DNA from: an uncultured Planctomycetaceae bacterium
Lineage (GTDB): Bacteria > Planctomycetota > Planctomycetia > Isosphaerales > Isosphaeraceae
Assembly (NCBI GenBank): GCA_963833985.1
Contig: CAWIAD010000002.1
Location: 6,304,001-6,368,000, forward strand
Reading direction: 5' to 3'
Length of the DNA stretch: 64,000 nucleotides
Of the stretch, positions 53,338 through 64,000 are shown piece by piece. Every line of letters begins with the position of its first letter. Positions within the stretch are counted from its first letter, which is position 1. Under the pieces are notes generated by a model. It worked only from the letters and a program-made list of their open reading frames with translations. It did no database searches and was not told the DNA's origin. The translations under genes and the position numbers were made by a program.

Positions 53338-53801
53338 GATCACTGCTCCCTCTGGCCGCTGCTTATCCCCTGCTACCTGGCCTGGGCCGCCGTGGATGCT
53401 CTGCTCGTGCTGTGCTCGGACTTCGCAGGTCGGCTCAGCATCGCTTCTTGGCTTCAATCTTGGTCTGGACCGTCAATCGTACTGGTCTCATTAGCGGCCC
53501 ACTGGGCCGTCGAGGAGACCTGCCATCGCTGGTCTGGCTTCAGATCGCACGCCAGATACCACAACTTGCAGGAAGCACTTTGCCGCTCGAGCGCAAGGGG
53601 AGGCGCGGGGTGATTTGATCCTTGAATTCCCGTACGGCTGTCAGTTCGGGACCGTCCCCGAGGCTAAGGATGCTGTGGAGCGGGCCAAGATGCTCGAAGC
53701 TGGGGACCGACAGGCCCAGTTGCGACTCTACTGGGAATCACTGTAGTAACCTGAAACAGAGATGCGCAGTTATTTTATATCCCCGTGTGTATTATAGATT
53801 T

Positions 53802-53879
53802 GTAGGGTGGGTCAGCGCAGCGCAACCCACCGATTCAAACGGCTCGGATGGTGGGTTGCGCTGCGCTGACCCACCCTAC
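53802..53879. repeat. GTAG-type REP doublet (REPIN-like)
   Basis: Perfect 30-bp inverted repeat 53802-53831 / 53850-53879 with an 18-nt spacer. Confidence 0.9.
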
Positions 53880-53893
53880 CAGACTTGGCAGAT

Positions 53894-54103
53894 ATGACCG
53901 TCCCCAAGCGCACGGGGGGTGGGCTTAGCTCAGACCCCTCTTATCGATTCGTAGATTGCTTCGAGCGCGCACTCAAGGCCCTGCGGGCAGCGGCGGATGA
54001 GTGGGCGATCGGCGACCCAGAAAAGCCACCCACCGAGGAAGTGCTGTCGAAGTTGCTCGACATCTTCGAGAGGGAGAAGTTCCTTCGTCGTCCAATCGAC
54101 TGA
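53894..54103 (+). CDS. Small hypothetical protein or gene fragment
   Basis: 69-aa helical-looking ORF; no motif recognised. Confidence 0.3.
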   Translation: MTVPKRTGGGLSSDPSYRFVDCFERALKALRAAADEWAIGDPEKPPTEEVLSKLLDIFEREKFLRRPID

Positions 54104-54373
54104 GGTCCGTCAAGCTTGATCCAAGCATGAAGATTTCCGAGTCTCATTGGTCATCCATAAGTATACGTAACGACAAGAGACGCGTGCGAGCAAGGGAGCA
54201 ACCATGCGACTGGCCCGCATGACCGTTCGCGGGATGATGATTTGGGCTCTCGCCACCGCTCTGTTATGCGCTGCATACCGAACGGCGAACGAAAAGCAAA
54301 CTCGTGGGAACAACACCGAGGCTCCAGGACATGATCTTGAAGCGGGTCGGGTTCGACCCGGAGAGGAACAGGC

Positions 54374-54787
54374 TTGGACGTCGATCGCCCGGATTTCGTG
54401 GCTGCCCCGTGGCTGGCCCTGACCCAGGCTGGCCGCCTTGGTGACCTGAGCGACGCGGACCTCTTGGAGCGATCGGCGGTTGAAGAGGAGAATCCCGAGG
54501 TCGCCGCGGCCGCCCTCTCCGCGCTCGTCCGCCGGCACGGCCCCATGGTCATGGGGGTTTGCCGGACGATCGTCCGCGATCACCACGACTCCGAGGACGC
54601 CTTCCAGGCCACGTTCCTGCTCCTGGTCCGGGATGCTCGGCGGCTCCGGGTCAGAGAAAGCCTGGGCCCCTGGCTTCACGAGGTCGCGGTGCGCGTCTGC
54701 CTGTCCGCCCGCCGGGCCCGGGCTCGACGAGACCGGCTGCAAATCGTGGCGGCATCTCGAACCGCTCTCGGAGTTTCTATCCAGTGA
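54374..54787 (+). pseudogene. Truncated ECF sigma factor (region 2)
   Basis: LSDADLLER, LVRRHGPMVMGVCR, EDAFQATFLLLVR, SLGPWLHEVA; stops before region 4. Confidence 0.75.
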
Positions 54788-55018
54788 ATCGGTGCGTCGT
54801 CGCTGCGCTGGACACACCCTACAATTGTAAGATGCGGCGCGGCTCTCGACCAGCTCGGCCTTCATGGTCCTGCGCGCCTGGGCCGCTCCGGAGGCAATGG
54901 CTCGCCGGATGCCGGGGCGACGTCCCGGCCCCGGCGCGGTTGACGCCTCGCGTCCGCAGGCCGTACGATGCGATCGCGGGCCGTGGGCGGAACGGGACGC
55001 GAAGGGGGAATCGTCAGC

Positions 55019-55884
55019 ATGCGCGGAGGGATCGCTGGGGCGGGTTCCTGGATGCTGGGCCTGGCTGCGGCTGTGGTCGTACCGGCATGCGATCGCGGTG
55101 CGCGCGAGACCGCAAAGGCGGGTGCGGATCAGGCGGCCGTGCGGAAGGCAGAAGTTGCCGCGGAGCCTCTGCGCATCGCCGCGGCCTCGGACCTCCAGCG
55201 CGTCTTGCCGCGGCTCATCGAACGGTTTCAGGAAGAGTCCGGCACGATCACCACACTCACCTTCGACGCATCGGGCCGGCTGGCCGAGCAGATCAAGGCG
55301 GGCGCTCCCTTTGATGTGTTCCTGTCCGCCAACGAGAAGTTCGTCCGGGACCTGGCCGACACCGGACTGATCCAGCCGCAGTCTGTCCGGCCTTATGCCC
55401 GCGGGTCGCTTGTGCTCTGCCTGCACCGGTCCGCCGGCAATGACGTGCGCGGGCTGAGTGACCTGGCGGTGCCGGAGATCAAGCGCATCGCCATCGCCAA
55501 CCCGGAATATGCACCGTACGGCGTGGCGGCGCGCAGGCGCTCGAGCACGCCGGGCTGTGGGCGAAGCTGGAACCGAAGATCGTCCGCGCCGCCTCGGTGC
55601 GCCAGGCGTTCCTTTACGTGCAGACAGGCGATGCCGAGGCCGCGCTGGTGAGCCACGCCCTGGCGGACGACCCGGCAGTGCGGCTCATCGAGATCGATCC
55701 GGCGGTCTACGCGCCCATCATCCAGGGGCTGGGGATCGTTGCGGCCACCAGGGCTGGTGACCGCGCGGCCGCGCTGGCCGAATTCGTGCTGGGCGAGGAG
55801 GGTCAGGCGATCCTGCGGAAGCACGGCTTCCTGAGCCCCGTCCCGCGAACTGAGCGCCTCTGGCAGTGCCGCCCGCAGCGGTGA
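55019..55884 (+). CDS. modA: Molybdate ABC transporter substrate-binding protein (indel near 55530)
   Basis: AAASDL, ASGRLAEQIKAGAPFDVFLSAN, IAIANPEYAPYG. Confidence 0.9.
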
Positions 55885-55918
55885 ACCCACCACACATTGA
55901 GCGAACGAGCGCGCGCCT

Positions 55919-56585
55919 ATGGCCGATCTGGGCCCCCTCTGGCTTTCCGTGCAGGTGGCGAGCGCGGCGACCGCGCTGATCGTGCTCTGCGGCGTGCCGG
56001 TCGCGTTCCTGCTGGCGCGGTGGAGGTTCGTGGGCAAGGGCCTGGTCTCGGGGCTCTTGATCCTGCCGCTCGTGCTGCCGCCGACAGTGCTTGGCTACCT
56101 GTTGCTGCAACTCCTCGGCCGGCGCACCTGGCTGGGCGCCTGGCTCGAGGCCACCCTCGGAGTGAGCCTGGTCTTTCACTGGTCCGGTGCGGTGGTCGCG
56201 TCGGCCGTCACCGCGTTTCCGCTCTTTCTCTTGCCCAGCCGCGGCGCATTCGAGGGGGTCGACCCCGCGCTCGAGGATGCGGCGCGGCTGCTGGGCCGGG
56301 GCGAGTTGTCAGTCTTCCGGTCGGTCACCTTGCCGCTGGCGTGGCGCGGGCTGGCCGGTGGAACCGTGCTCGCCTTCGCGCGCTCGCTGGGCGATTTTGG
56401 CGCGACCATGATGGTGGCGGGAAACATTCCCGGGCTCACCCAGACCGCATCGCTGGCGATTTACGATGCCGTTCAGGCCGGCGATCCCGCGCGCGGCGCG
56501 GCTCTCCCTCTGGATATCGGTCGTCTCCATTGCCGCGCTCTGGCTGGTGCAGCGCACGCTGCCTCGGCCGGGAGCGGGACATTGA
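55919..56585 (+). CDS. modB: Molybdate ABC transporter permease (indel near 56500)
   Basis: LPLVLPPTVLGYLLL, FARSLGDFGATMMVAGNIPG; last TM LSLWISVVSIAALWLV in shifted frame ending TGA at 56585. Confidence 0.9.
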
Positions 56586-57703
56586 GCGCGGCGGACTGCA
56601 CGCTCGAGGCCCGCCTCGTGAAGCGCATCCACGCCGGTTTGACGGTAGACGTTCGCCTGCTTCTGGGTGCCCGGGTGGGTGTGCTGTTCGGTCCGTCGGG
56701 ATCCGGGAAGACGTCGATCCTGCGGATGATCGCGGGGCTTTCCCATCCCGACGAAGGGTCCGTCCGGCTCGGCGCGACCACGCTCTTCGACGCCGTCTCC
56801 AGGATCGACGTGCCACTCCGCCGGCGGCGCATCGGCATGATTTTCCAGGACGACTTGCTCTTTCCTCACCTCAGCGTGCGGGACAACATCCGCTTCGGGC
56901 TCAAGGGATGGAGCAGAGTGAAGCAACAGGTGCGCCTCGCCGAGATCGCCAGCCTTTGCGGTGTGGAGCACTTGCTGGGCCGGCGGCCGATCACGCTTTC
57001 CGGGGGCGAGCGGCAGCGGGTGGGACTGGCGCGGTCGCTGCGCACCCGGCCGCGGCTCCTGCTCTGCGACGAGCCTGTCTCGGCGCTCGATCTACCCAAT
57101 CGCCAGAGCATGGTGGAGCGGCTGCGCGACGTTCAGGCCTCGGAGGGAATACCGGTACTCTATGTCACGCATAGTCCGGCAGAAGCGGTGACCATGGGAA
57201 CACATCTCTTCTTCCTCGAGGGAGGCAAGATCAGCGCCGAGGGCTCGCCGCTGGACGTGCTGGGCCGGCTCCACGGGCCTTCGTTCGGCCACCTCGAAGA
57301 CCTGCGCAATATCCTGCCGGCGCGCGTGCTGGAGGAGATGCCGGGAAAACTGGCGATGCGGCTGCAAGTTCAGAACGGCCCGCAGCTCATCGTTCCCCAC
57401 TTCGAAGCCCTGGCAGGCGCGCCCGTGTTCGTGATGGTGCGGGCCGAAGACATCATCCTGGCGCGGGGGCCGATCGCAGGCCTGAGCGCGCAGAACCTGG
57501 TCGCAGGAACGATCGAGCGCATCGTCGCCCACGGCCCCGACGCCGAGGCCGTCGTTCGTACCGGCGGCGTCACCTGGATCGCCAGCGTGGTCACGGGGAC
57601 GGTCGAGCAACTCGGGCTTCATCGAGGTCAAGAGATCTACATGGTCATCAAGGCGCGTAGCTGCCACGTCAGCCCCGGCTCGCCCGCTCGCCCGTCACGC
57701 TGA
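56582..57703 (+). CDS. modC: Molybdate ABC transporter ATPase with TOBE domains
   Basis: GPSGSGKT, LFPHLSV, LSGGERQR, DEP, SAQN, VIKA; TTG start overlapping the modB stop. Confidence 0.9.
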   Translation: MSAADCTLEARLVKRIHAGLTVDVRLLLGARVGVLFGPSGSGKTSILRMIAGLSHPDEGSVRLGATTLFDAVSRIDVPLRRRRIGMIFQDDLLFPHLSVRDNIRFGLKGWSRVKQQVRLAEIASLCGVEHLLGRRPITLSGGERQRVGLARSLRTRPRLLLCDEPVSALDLPNRQSMVERLRDVQASEGIPVLYVTHSPAEAVTMGTHLFFLEGGKISAEGSPLDVLGRLHGPSFGHLEDLRNILPARVLEEMPGKLAMRLQVQNGPQLIVPHFEALAGAPVFVMVRAEDIILARGPIAGLSAQNLVAGTIERIVAHGPDAEAVVRTGGVTWIASVVTGTVEQLGLHRGQEIYMVIKARSCHVSPGSPARPSR

Positions 57704-57738
57704 TTCGCCAGCAATCAGGCCGTACCCGAATTTCCTGC

Positions 57739-57792
57739 TTGACTTCTTCCGGCCGGCCATTACTATAAAACCAAATCTAAAGAACCAAATCT
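57739..57792 (+). promoter_or_regulatory. Promoter and direct-repeat candidate operator of the BlaI-family gene
   Basis: TTGACT-16 nt-TACTAT; AACCAAATCT at 57769-57778 and 57783-57792. Confidence 0.55.
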
Positions 57793-57835
57793 CATGCCGG
57801 CTCCGCGGGGCCGGATGGCATGGAAAGGAGGACCG

Positions 57836-58225
57836 ATGGCACGACCTGCGGCGAAGGAATTGACGGAGCGTGAACTGGAGGTGATGCACGCGTTCTGGGG
57901 CCAGGGCGAGTCAACCGTGGCCGAGGTCCGCGACGCGCTGGCCGCCTCGGGGCTGGATCGCGCCTACACCACGGTGGCCACGCTGGTGCGGATCCTGGCC
58001 GATAAGGGTTTTCTGGTTCAAACCAACCGGGAACGTCCCTTCGCCTACCGACCCGCGCAATCGTATGAAGAGGTCTCGAAGAAACTGTTGCGCGACGTGA
58101 TCGACCGCGTGTTTCGCGGCTCGCGTGAGCTTTTGCTGGTTCGGTTGATGGAGCAGAAGGCGCTTTCCGTGAGGGAGCGCGCGGTGCTGGAAGACCTGCT
58201 GCGGAAAGGAGGGAAGACATCGTGA
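57836..58225 (+). CDS. BlaI/MecI/CopY-family repressor
   Basis: LTERELEVMHAFW, AYTTVATLVRILADKG, VFRGS; AAGGAGG SD. Confidence 0.92.
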   Translation: MARPAAKELTERELEVMHAFWGQGESTVAEVRDALAASGLDRAYTTVATLVRILADKGFLVQTNRERPFAYRPAQSYEEVSKKLLRDVIDRVFRGSRELLLVRLMEQKALSVRERAVLEDLLRKGGKTS

Positions 58226-60972
58226 ACCTGCTGGTCGCAGTCTTCTGGGAGGCTCTCCTCCACTCGACCCTGTTTGCCTTGCCTGGCATCGTCGTCTACC
58301 TGGCATGGAGACGATGGAGCCCGGCGGCCGGCGCGCTGGCCGCGGCCTCGAGCCTGGTGGTCATGGCGCTCGTGGCCTTTTTATCGATCTCTCCCTGGCC
58401 TCGATGGGGAACCGCTCAGCCTATCGAGAGGGTGCGTCAAGCCGTCGCGAGCTTCAGTCCCGAGCGCCCGCCGGTAGCCACGAGCGATCAGCTCGCCGGG
58501 CAGACCACGGCTCCAGGCCCGGCTTCCGGTGCCAGGACGATGGCTCCGCAGCCACCAGCGCCGGAGCAGCCGACGATGTTCTTCCTGATGCTCCAGAGCC
58601 TGGCGCGTGAGTGGGGGCAGCCTGCCGCGATCGATCAGCATGATCCCTGGAGCTGGAGAAGCTGGCTGGCCGTGGTGATGCTGGGCTGCGCGGCCCTGGG
58701 GGCGATCCGGCTGGTCTCCGGACTGTGGGCCATCCGACGCCTGAGCTCTTCCAGCACGCCGCTGGACGATCCCGCGCTGGTCGATACCCTGGCCCTCATT
58801 TGTGCCGAGATGAGCTGCCGGCGGCCGGTCGAGCTGCGGACCGCGCCGGAGCTGGCGACCGCGGCCACGATCGGCTGGAGGCGGCCCTTGATCTTGCTGC
58901 CGGAGGACTGGCGCTCCTGGAACATGGACGAGCGCCGGGCGGTGCTCGCGCACGAGCTGGCGCACGTCTGCCGATGTGATTTCATGACGGGCCTGCTTGC
59001 CCAGCTCAGTCTGGCGTCGCTCTTTTATCATCCCCTGGCGCACTGGCTGGCCGCCCGGTTAAGGCTCGAGCAGGAGCTGGCCGCCGACGCCTGGTCGGCC
59101 CGGCTGGCCGGAGGGTCGATGCCCTACCTGACCACGCTGGCCCAGATGGCTCTGCGCCGCGACGACCGGGCACTGTCCTGGCCGGCACGGGCGTTTCTTC
59201 CGTCCCGAGGCACCTTCATCAGGAGAATCGAAATGCTCCGCCATTCCAGGTCTGTCCGCCACGTCTGGCTGTCGTCGCGCGTGCGGCTGCTCACGATCGG
59301 TCTGCTCGCGGGTATCGGAGTCGGGATTGCCGGCCTGCGTGGGCCGCTCGCAGCGCCGGAGGCACGAGCACAAACCACCTCGGAAAAGCAGACTCCTGCC
59401 GGAGCCGGTGCGCCGTCCGCGAGTCCCGCGATCGACCTGGCTTACCTGCCGTCCGAGACGAAGCTGTTTCTGGCGCTCCAGCCGGCCGATCTGCTGGGCA
59501 GGCCCGACATGCGGCCGATCCAGAAACTGCTCGCTGACAACGTGATGCTCGGCAGGGTGTTGCCCTTGCCGCTCGACGAGATCGACCAGCTCATCGTGTT
59601 CTGGGAGAGTTCTCCGCAGAACCAGGTGCCGCCAGGATCTCCCACCCTGGTTCCCCCGCCTTCGGGAATGATCGTGCATGCGGCACAGCCCCAGGACTGG
59701 AAAAAGATCGCAAGCCGCTTCATGCACTCGACGGAAGTGGTTCAGGTCGCGGGCCAGACTTTACTGCGGCCCGCGCGAGATCAGGCCGGCCCTTCTTCCA
59801 TGTCTCTCTACTCCCCCGACGACCGGACCGTGGTGCTGGCGGCGGAAGACCTGCTGCGCACGCTCATTGAAGACCGCAAGGAGCCAAAAGCTGCGCATCC
59901 CTGGGACGCCGTCTGGAACCAGGTGGACAAGGGCCAAATCAACTTTGCGCTGGACACGCGCTGGTTGCGGCGCCGGCTCAACCAGGGGGAAATCAAGCTC
60001 GACACCCTTGCACCCCTGCTGGAAAAAGCGCGGGCCTATGCTCTGGGCATCAGCCTGGATCGGGAGCTGAAGGTCGACGCCGCGGCCACGGTGAACGACG
60101 CGGAGGATCTCAGGCCCGTCGCCGACACCCTGCAAGCTCTCCTGACCATGGGCCGCAACGCGGTGCCATCCCTCAAGGAGCAGGCCGGTCACGCCGGGCA
60201 GTTCAGTGAGGCCGGCGACTGGGCGCTGGGAACGCTCGCCGCGCTGCTGAGCAAGACGCGCATCGAACCAACGGGGAAGACTGTGCGGGTGCAGGCGAGC
60301 GCGCCCGTCGATCTTGCCACGGCGGCCCGGCTCGTTGGCCTGGCCGGCGTCGCGGCCCAGAGCACTGCGAGCCACGTGCAGAGCCAGAACAACCTCAAGC
60401 AAATTGGCCTGGCCTTCCACAACTACGCGGACATCAACAAGCACTTCCCGCCGCCGGTGTTGTACGGCGGAAAGAGCGGCAAGGTGCCGTATAGCTGGCG
60501 GGTGGCGATCCTGCCGTACCTCGACCAATCGGACCTGTACAATGCCTACAACTTCGACGAGCCCTGGGACGGCCCCAGCAACAGCAAACTCATCGACCGG
60601 ATGCCTTCGACGTACGCTTATCCCGGAATGGGATCGACGAGCAAGACCCACGCCGCGTACTTCGTGTTCACTGGCCCGCAAACCCTGCTCGGCAAGGGAG
60701 ACAAACCTCTCATTAGCGATGTCACCGATGGACTGTCGCGGACACTCCTGGCGGTGGAGGCCAAGCGTGAGGTCCCCTGGACCAAGCCGGAAGATATCCC
60801 CTACGACGCAGCTTTGCCGTTGCCCCGGATCGGCGGTTTCGATCCCGAAGAAAGCTCCATTCTGTACGGTGACGGCTCGGTTCGGTCTGTCCATGGCACC
60901 ATCAAGGAGGCCGTTCTGCGTGCGCTGATCACCCGGGCGGGAGGAGAAGCCATCGGTACTGACATCCCCTGA
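58222..60972 (+). CDS. BlaR1-like M56 metallopeptidase fused to a C-terminal DUF1559 domain
   Basis: TMs, LAHELAH, EQELAAD, RRIEML; SQNNLKQIGLAFHNY...SWRVAILPYLDQ...FDEPWD...PWTKPED. Confidence 0.88.
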   Translation: MNLLVAVFWEALLHSTLFALPGIVVYLAWRRWSPAAGALAAASSLVVMALVAFLSISPWPRWGTAQPIERVRQAVASFSPERPPVATSDQLAGQTTAPGPASGARTMAPQPPAPEQPTMFFLMLQSLAREWGQPAAIDQHDPWSWRSWLAVVMLGCAALGAIRLVSGLWAIRRLSSSSTPLDDPALVDTLALICAEMSCRRPVELRTAPELATAATIGWRRPLILLPEDWRSWNMDERRAVLAHELAHVCRCDFMTGLLAQLSLASLFYHPLAHWLAARLRLEQELAADAWSARLAGGSMPYLTTLAQMALRRDDRALSWPARAFLPSRGTFIRRIEMLRHSRSVRHVWLSSRVRLLTIGLLAGIGVGIAGLRGPLAAPEARAQTTSEKQTPAGAGAPSASPAIDLAYLPSETKLFLALQPADLLGRPDMRPIQKLLADNVMLGRVLPLPLDEIDQLIVFWESSPQNQVPPGSPTLVPPPSGMIVHAAQPQDWKKIASRFMHSTEVVQVAGQTLLRPARDQAGPSSMSLYSPDDRTVVLAAEDLLRTLIEDRKEPKAAHPWDAVWNQVDKGQINFALDTRWLRRRLNQGEIKLDTLAPLLEKARAYALGISLDRELKVDAAATVNDAEDLRPVADTLQALLTMGRNAVPSLKEQAGHAGQFSEAGDWALGTLAALLSKTRIEPTGKTVRVQASAPVDLATAARLVGLAGVAAQSTASHVQSQNNLKQIGLAFHNYADINKHFPPPVLYGGKSGKVPYSWRVAILPYLDQSDLYNAYNFDEPWDGPSNSKLIDRMPSTYAYPGMGSTSKTHAAYFVFTGPQTLLGKGDKPLISDVTDGLSRTLLAVEAKREVPWTKPEDIPYDAALPLPRIGGFDPEESSILYGDGSVRSVHGTIKEAVLRALITRAGGEAIGTDIP

Positions 60973-61160
60973 GATTCGCCTTCCAGCATAGGTCTTCGCC
61001 GGATCGAGCCGGCTCCCTCGCAATGGTTGTGGGAGCCGGCTCGTCTTGCTATTGAAGCAGAAGGTGAGAAACGACTTGCTGCTGAAGCCGCCGTGCCAGG
61101 CTGGTATACTCGGGTGCGCGGGTCCAGTATGGGGGGAGGCCCTGCGCCGGGAGTTTGATC

Positions 61161-61802
61161 ATGAGCACCGTGACCCAGCCGGAAACGCAGCTTCCGGTTC
61201 AGCCGGAGTCGAGCAGGGCGCGGGCCGTCACGCCGGAGCGCTTGCTCAGAATGCCCGATGCGAAGCGTTACGAATGGCTCGATGGCGAGCTGGTGGAGCG
61301 ACACAGGTCCGTACTCTCCGGCGTCGTGGCCGCACGGATCAATCGCTTGCTGGGAAATCATGGCGAGCAGCACCGGCTGGGCTGGGTACTCGATTCCGAG
61401 GTCGGCTATCAGTGCTTTCCATGGAAGCCGGATCGCGTGCGCCGGGCGGATGTCTCATTCATCAGGGCGGAACGCTATCCCCTGGAGCGGCTTTCCCAGG
61501 AAGGCCATGCCACGATCCCGCCGGACCTGGCCGTGGAAGTGGTCTCACCTCGTGATCTCGCACGGGAGCTGGATGAGAAGCTCGAGGACTACTTGAGGGC
61601 CGGGATCAAGCTCATCTGGGTGGTCCATCCCGAGACGCGCACGGTTCAGGTTTACTCTCCCGACGGCACATCGCGCAGGCTGCGTGAAGCGGACGAGATG
61701 ACCGGCGACGATATTCTTCCCGGTTTCCGGACAACCGTTGCCGCGTTCTTTCCGGGCGTCGATCTGGCCGAAGAGAGCCCGGCGGCCTCGGTGGTATCGT
61801 AG
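61161..61802 (+). CDS. Uma2-family (DUF820) endonuclease-fold protein
   Basis: YEWLDGEL, RADVSF, PDLAVEVVSP, KLEDYLRAG, ILPGF. Confidence 0.9.
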   Translation: MSTVTQPETQLPVQPESSRARAVTPERLLRMPDAKRYEWLDGELVERHRSVLSGVVAARINRLLGNHGEQHRLGWVLDSEVGYQCFPWKPDRVRRADVSFIRAERYPLERLSQEGHATIPPDLAVEVVSPRDLARELDEKLEDYLRAGIKLIWVVHPETRTVQVYSPDGTSRRLREADEMTGDDILPGFRTTVAAFFPGVDLAEESPAASVVS

Positions 61803-61876
61803 GTTGCGTACGGTCCCCGGATCGCATCGAAGGCGTCACGGACCAAGGTTCATGGCAGGTCACGATCGAGTTTCCC

Positions 61877-63700
61877 ATGTCTCAGCCCGACCCCTCGCCT
61901 GACTCCTCGACCCGGAGCCGGAAGCCGGCTGGCAGTCCCTTGCCGGACAGCTTCGCCCCGGCGCGGAGATCGAGCGACGCGAGCAGCAGCAGGCTGGACA
62001 GTGAAACTCGCGATCTGCTGCACCGGCGTTTCCGGGCCGCCTCACTGATTCTTGCCATCGGCTTCGGCGTCTTCCTGCTGCGCGATCTTTACTTCGGCCA
62101 TGCTCCCCGGGCGGTCGGCTACCTGCACGGCCTGGTCTTCCTGCTTTTGCTCGGCAACGTGCTTGCGCTCTCCAGCCGCTGGACGCCCTCGATGCGGCAG
62201 TTGCGCGCGATGGAACTCTCCACGTTCGCAGTCGTCGCGGTCTTCTTCATGACCAGCGAGTCGCTGGGGTTTCAGGTGCGGCTGTCGCAGGCGCGGCTCG
62301 ACGTCAACGAGCTGCGCGTGCTCTTCAAGAGGAGCATCATCGGCACGCTCATTCTTGTTTTCACCTACGGCATCTTCATTCCGAACCACTGGAAGCGGGC
62401 GGCCTGCGTGATCGTGCCCATGACCCTGGCGCCCTGGCGGCGCCCCTGGTCATGAACATGACCTCCAGCGCGTTCCGGTCGATCTCCGAGGAGGCGCGCA
62501 CCCCCGAAAAACTGAGCGAAAACGCACTTTACCTCCTCATGGGCGCGGTGACGGCCATCTTCGGCACGCACACCATCAATACGATTCGCACGCGCGAGTT
62601 CCGGGCCAGGCGGCTGAACCAGTACCACCTTACCAGGAAGCTTGGATCCGGCGGCATGGGCGAGGTCTACCTGGCCGAGCACCAGCTTTTGAAACGCCCC
62701 TGCGCCGTCAAGCTCATCCGCTCCAGCCTGTCGCACAAGCCGCGCGTGCTGGCGCGGTTCGAGCTCGAAGTGCGGGCAACGGCCCAGCTCTCGCACTGGA
62801 ACACCGTCGAGGTCTTCGACTACGGCCGCACCGAGGACGGCACGTTCTATTACGTGATGGAATACCTCCCCGGCCTGAGCCTGCAAGAGCTGGTGGAGCG
62901 GCACGGGCCGCTGCCGGCGGGACGGGTCATCTACCTGATGTGCCAGGCCTGCGACGCGCCTGCGCGAGGCGCATCAGGCCGGGCTCATCCATCGCGATCT
63001 CAAGCCGCCGAACATCTTCGCGGCCTACCGGGGCGCACGCTTCGACGTCGCCAAGCTGCTCGATTTTGGGCTGGTCAAGCCCGTGCGGCAGGAGGAATCG
63101 CCGGTCGTCACCCGCGAGGGGACCGTGAGCGGCTCGCCGCTCTACATGGTGCCCGAGCAGATCATGAGGTCGCATCCGCCCGATGCGCGCACCGACATCT
63201 ACGCCATGGGAGCCATCCTTTACTTCCTTCTCACCGGCAAGCCGCCGTTCCCGGGCACGGATTCGATGGCCGTGATGGTGGCGCACGTGCGCGACCCGGT
63301 CGTTCCGCCTTCGCGTTTACAAGCCGGCCTGCCCGCCGACCTGGAGCTTGTGGCCCTGTGCTGCCTGGCAAAGAACCCGGCCGACCGCTACCAGGACGCC
63401 GAAAGCCTGGCCCGCGCGCTCTCCGCATGCGCCGATGCCGGAAGCTGGTCCGCCATCCAGGCGGAGACCTGGTGGAAAGAACATGAGCCCGCCGTGCTGT
63501 CCGGGCCCGGTGAAGCGCTCCCGGCGGAGCCCCACTCCACGCAGCTGATCGCTCCATCGGAGCTCACCCGTGCGGAATCCGAAGTGGCCACCTTCGCAGC
63601 CAGCGGGCTGGAAATGGCCAGTGAGGAAGGTAGCGGAGGAGGCCTGCAACTCTCGGTCTCGCTGGGCGACGAGGAGACGAGCCCGGAGCGGTCGTCTTGA
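61877..63700 (+). CDS. Ser/Thr kinase with N-terminal multi-TM sensor (indels near 62440 and 62960)
   Basis: GSGGMGEVY, AVKL; HRDLKPPN and DFG in shifted frame; GSPLYMVPEQ, DIYAMG. Confidence 0.88.
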
Positions 63701-64000
63701 ACACAATCGCCCTCGAATCCGAGGCGTGGCTCGACACGCCGCTCTCGCTCGTCCTGCATCTGAACTTCGCCTTCGACATCGGCGATGAGATCGACCTGGA
63801 ACGCGCCCTGCGCTGCTCCAGGGCGAGCTCGGCCAGTTGCCCCGGCGGCGGCGGACGCCGGAGTCGATCGGCTACCGCCCTGCCCCCATCCGCGTTCCGG
63901 TCGACCCGTCCGGACTGGAACTGCCCGAAGGCCATCGTCCTGTGCAGAGCCCGCGGGCCGAGCTGACGCTCTTCGACTTCGGTGCCATCTCGCTGGCGGT
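63697..64000 (+). CDS. Conserved-looking hypothetical protein, partial and frameshifted
   Basis: HLNFAFDIGDEIDL, then RRRTPESIGYRP and LTLFDFGAISLA in other frames; runs off the window. Confidence 0.45.

Noticed and set aside
54820..54829. TACAATTGTA palindrome upstream of modA as a molybdate operator
   Set aside because: Does not resemble a ModE box, only 10 bp, and no regulator nearby
55919..57703. Apparent ModB-ModC fusion (594 aa)
   Set aside because: The last ModB helix and a TTGA stop/start overlap at 56582-56585 exist in a shifted frame; one indel near 56500 explains the fusion
61161..61802. Uma2 nuclease as a defence system
   Set aside because: Highly expanded stand-alone family in this lineage; no methylase or defence partner adjacent

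Overview
GC-rich bacterial chromosomal window. The gene content (DUF1559, Uma2, CHAT-TPR, ECF sigma/Ser-Thr kinase pairs, sulfatase) points to a planctomycete, probably Isosphaeraceae-like; this is inference. It carries a TolC-adaptor-ABC (MacAB-type) export operon, greA, sodA, rsgA, modABC, a BlaI/BlaR(M56)-DUF1559 pair, a sulfatase, a copper amine oxidase, two TPR-glycosyltransferases, a CHAT-TPR protease, two Ser/Thr kinases, one full-length ISAs1 with a 10-bp target duplication plus a deleted copy, and several REP-like repeats. About 15 genes are broken by single-base indels, most likely sequencing errors. Best leads: (1) a ~310-340 nt, extensively base-paired candidate ncRNA with its own sigma70-like promoter between rsgA and a WD40 gene; (2) two GTAG-type REP cassettes, each inside a long (65 and 49 bp) direct duplication, bracketing a kinase whose 144-bp repeats are shuffled and vary at a few fixed codons; (3) an efflux adaptor with a ~180-aa Ser/Gly/RGG insert, an orphan secretin-like protein, and a KAP-like membrane P-loop ATPase. 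No tRNA, rRNA or CRISPR array was seen. All family calls come from motif recognition by eye; no searches were run.
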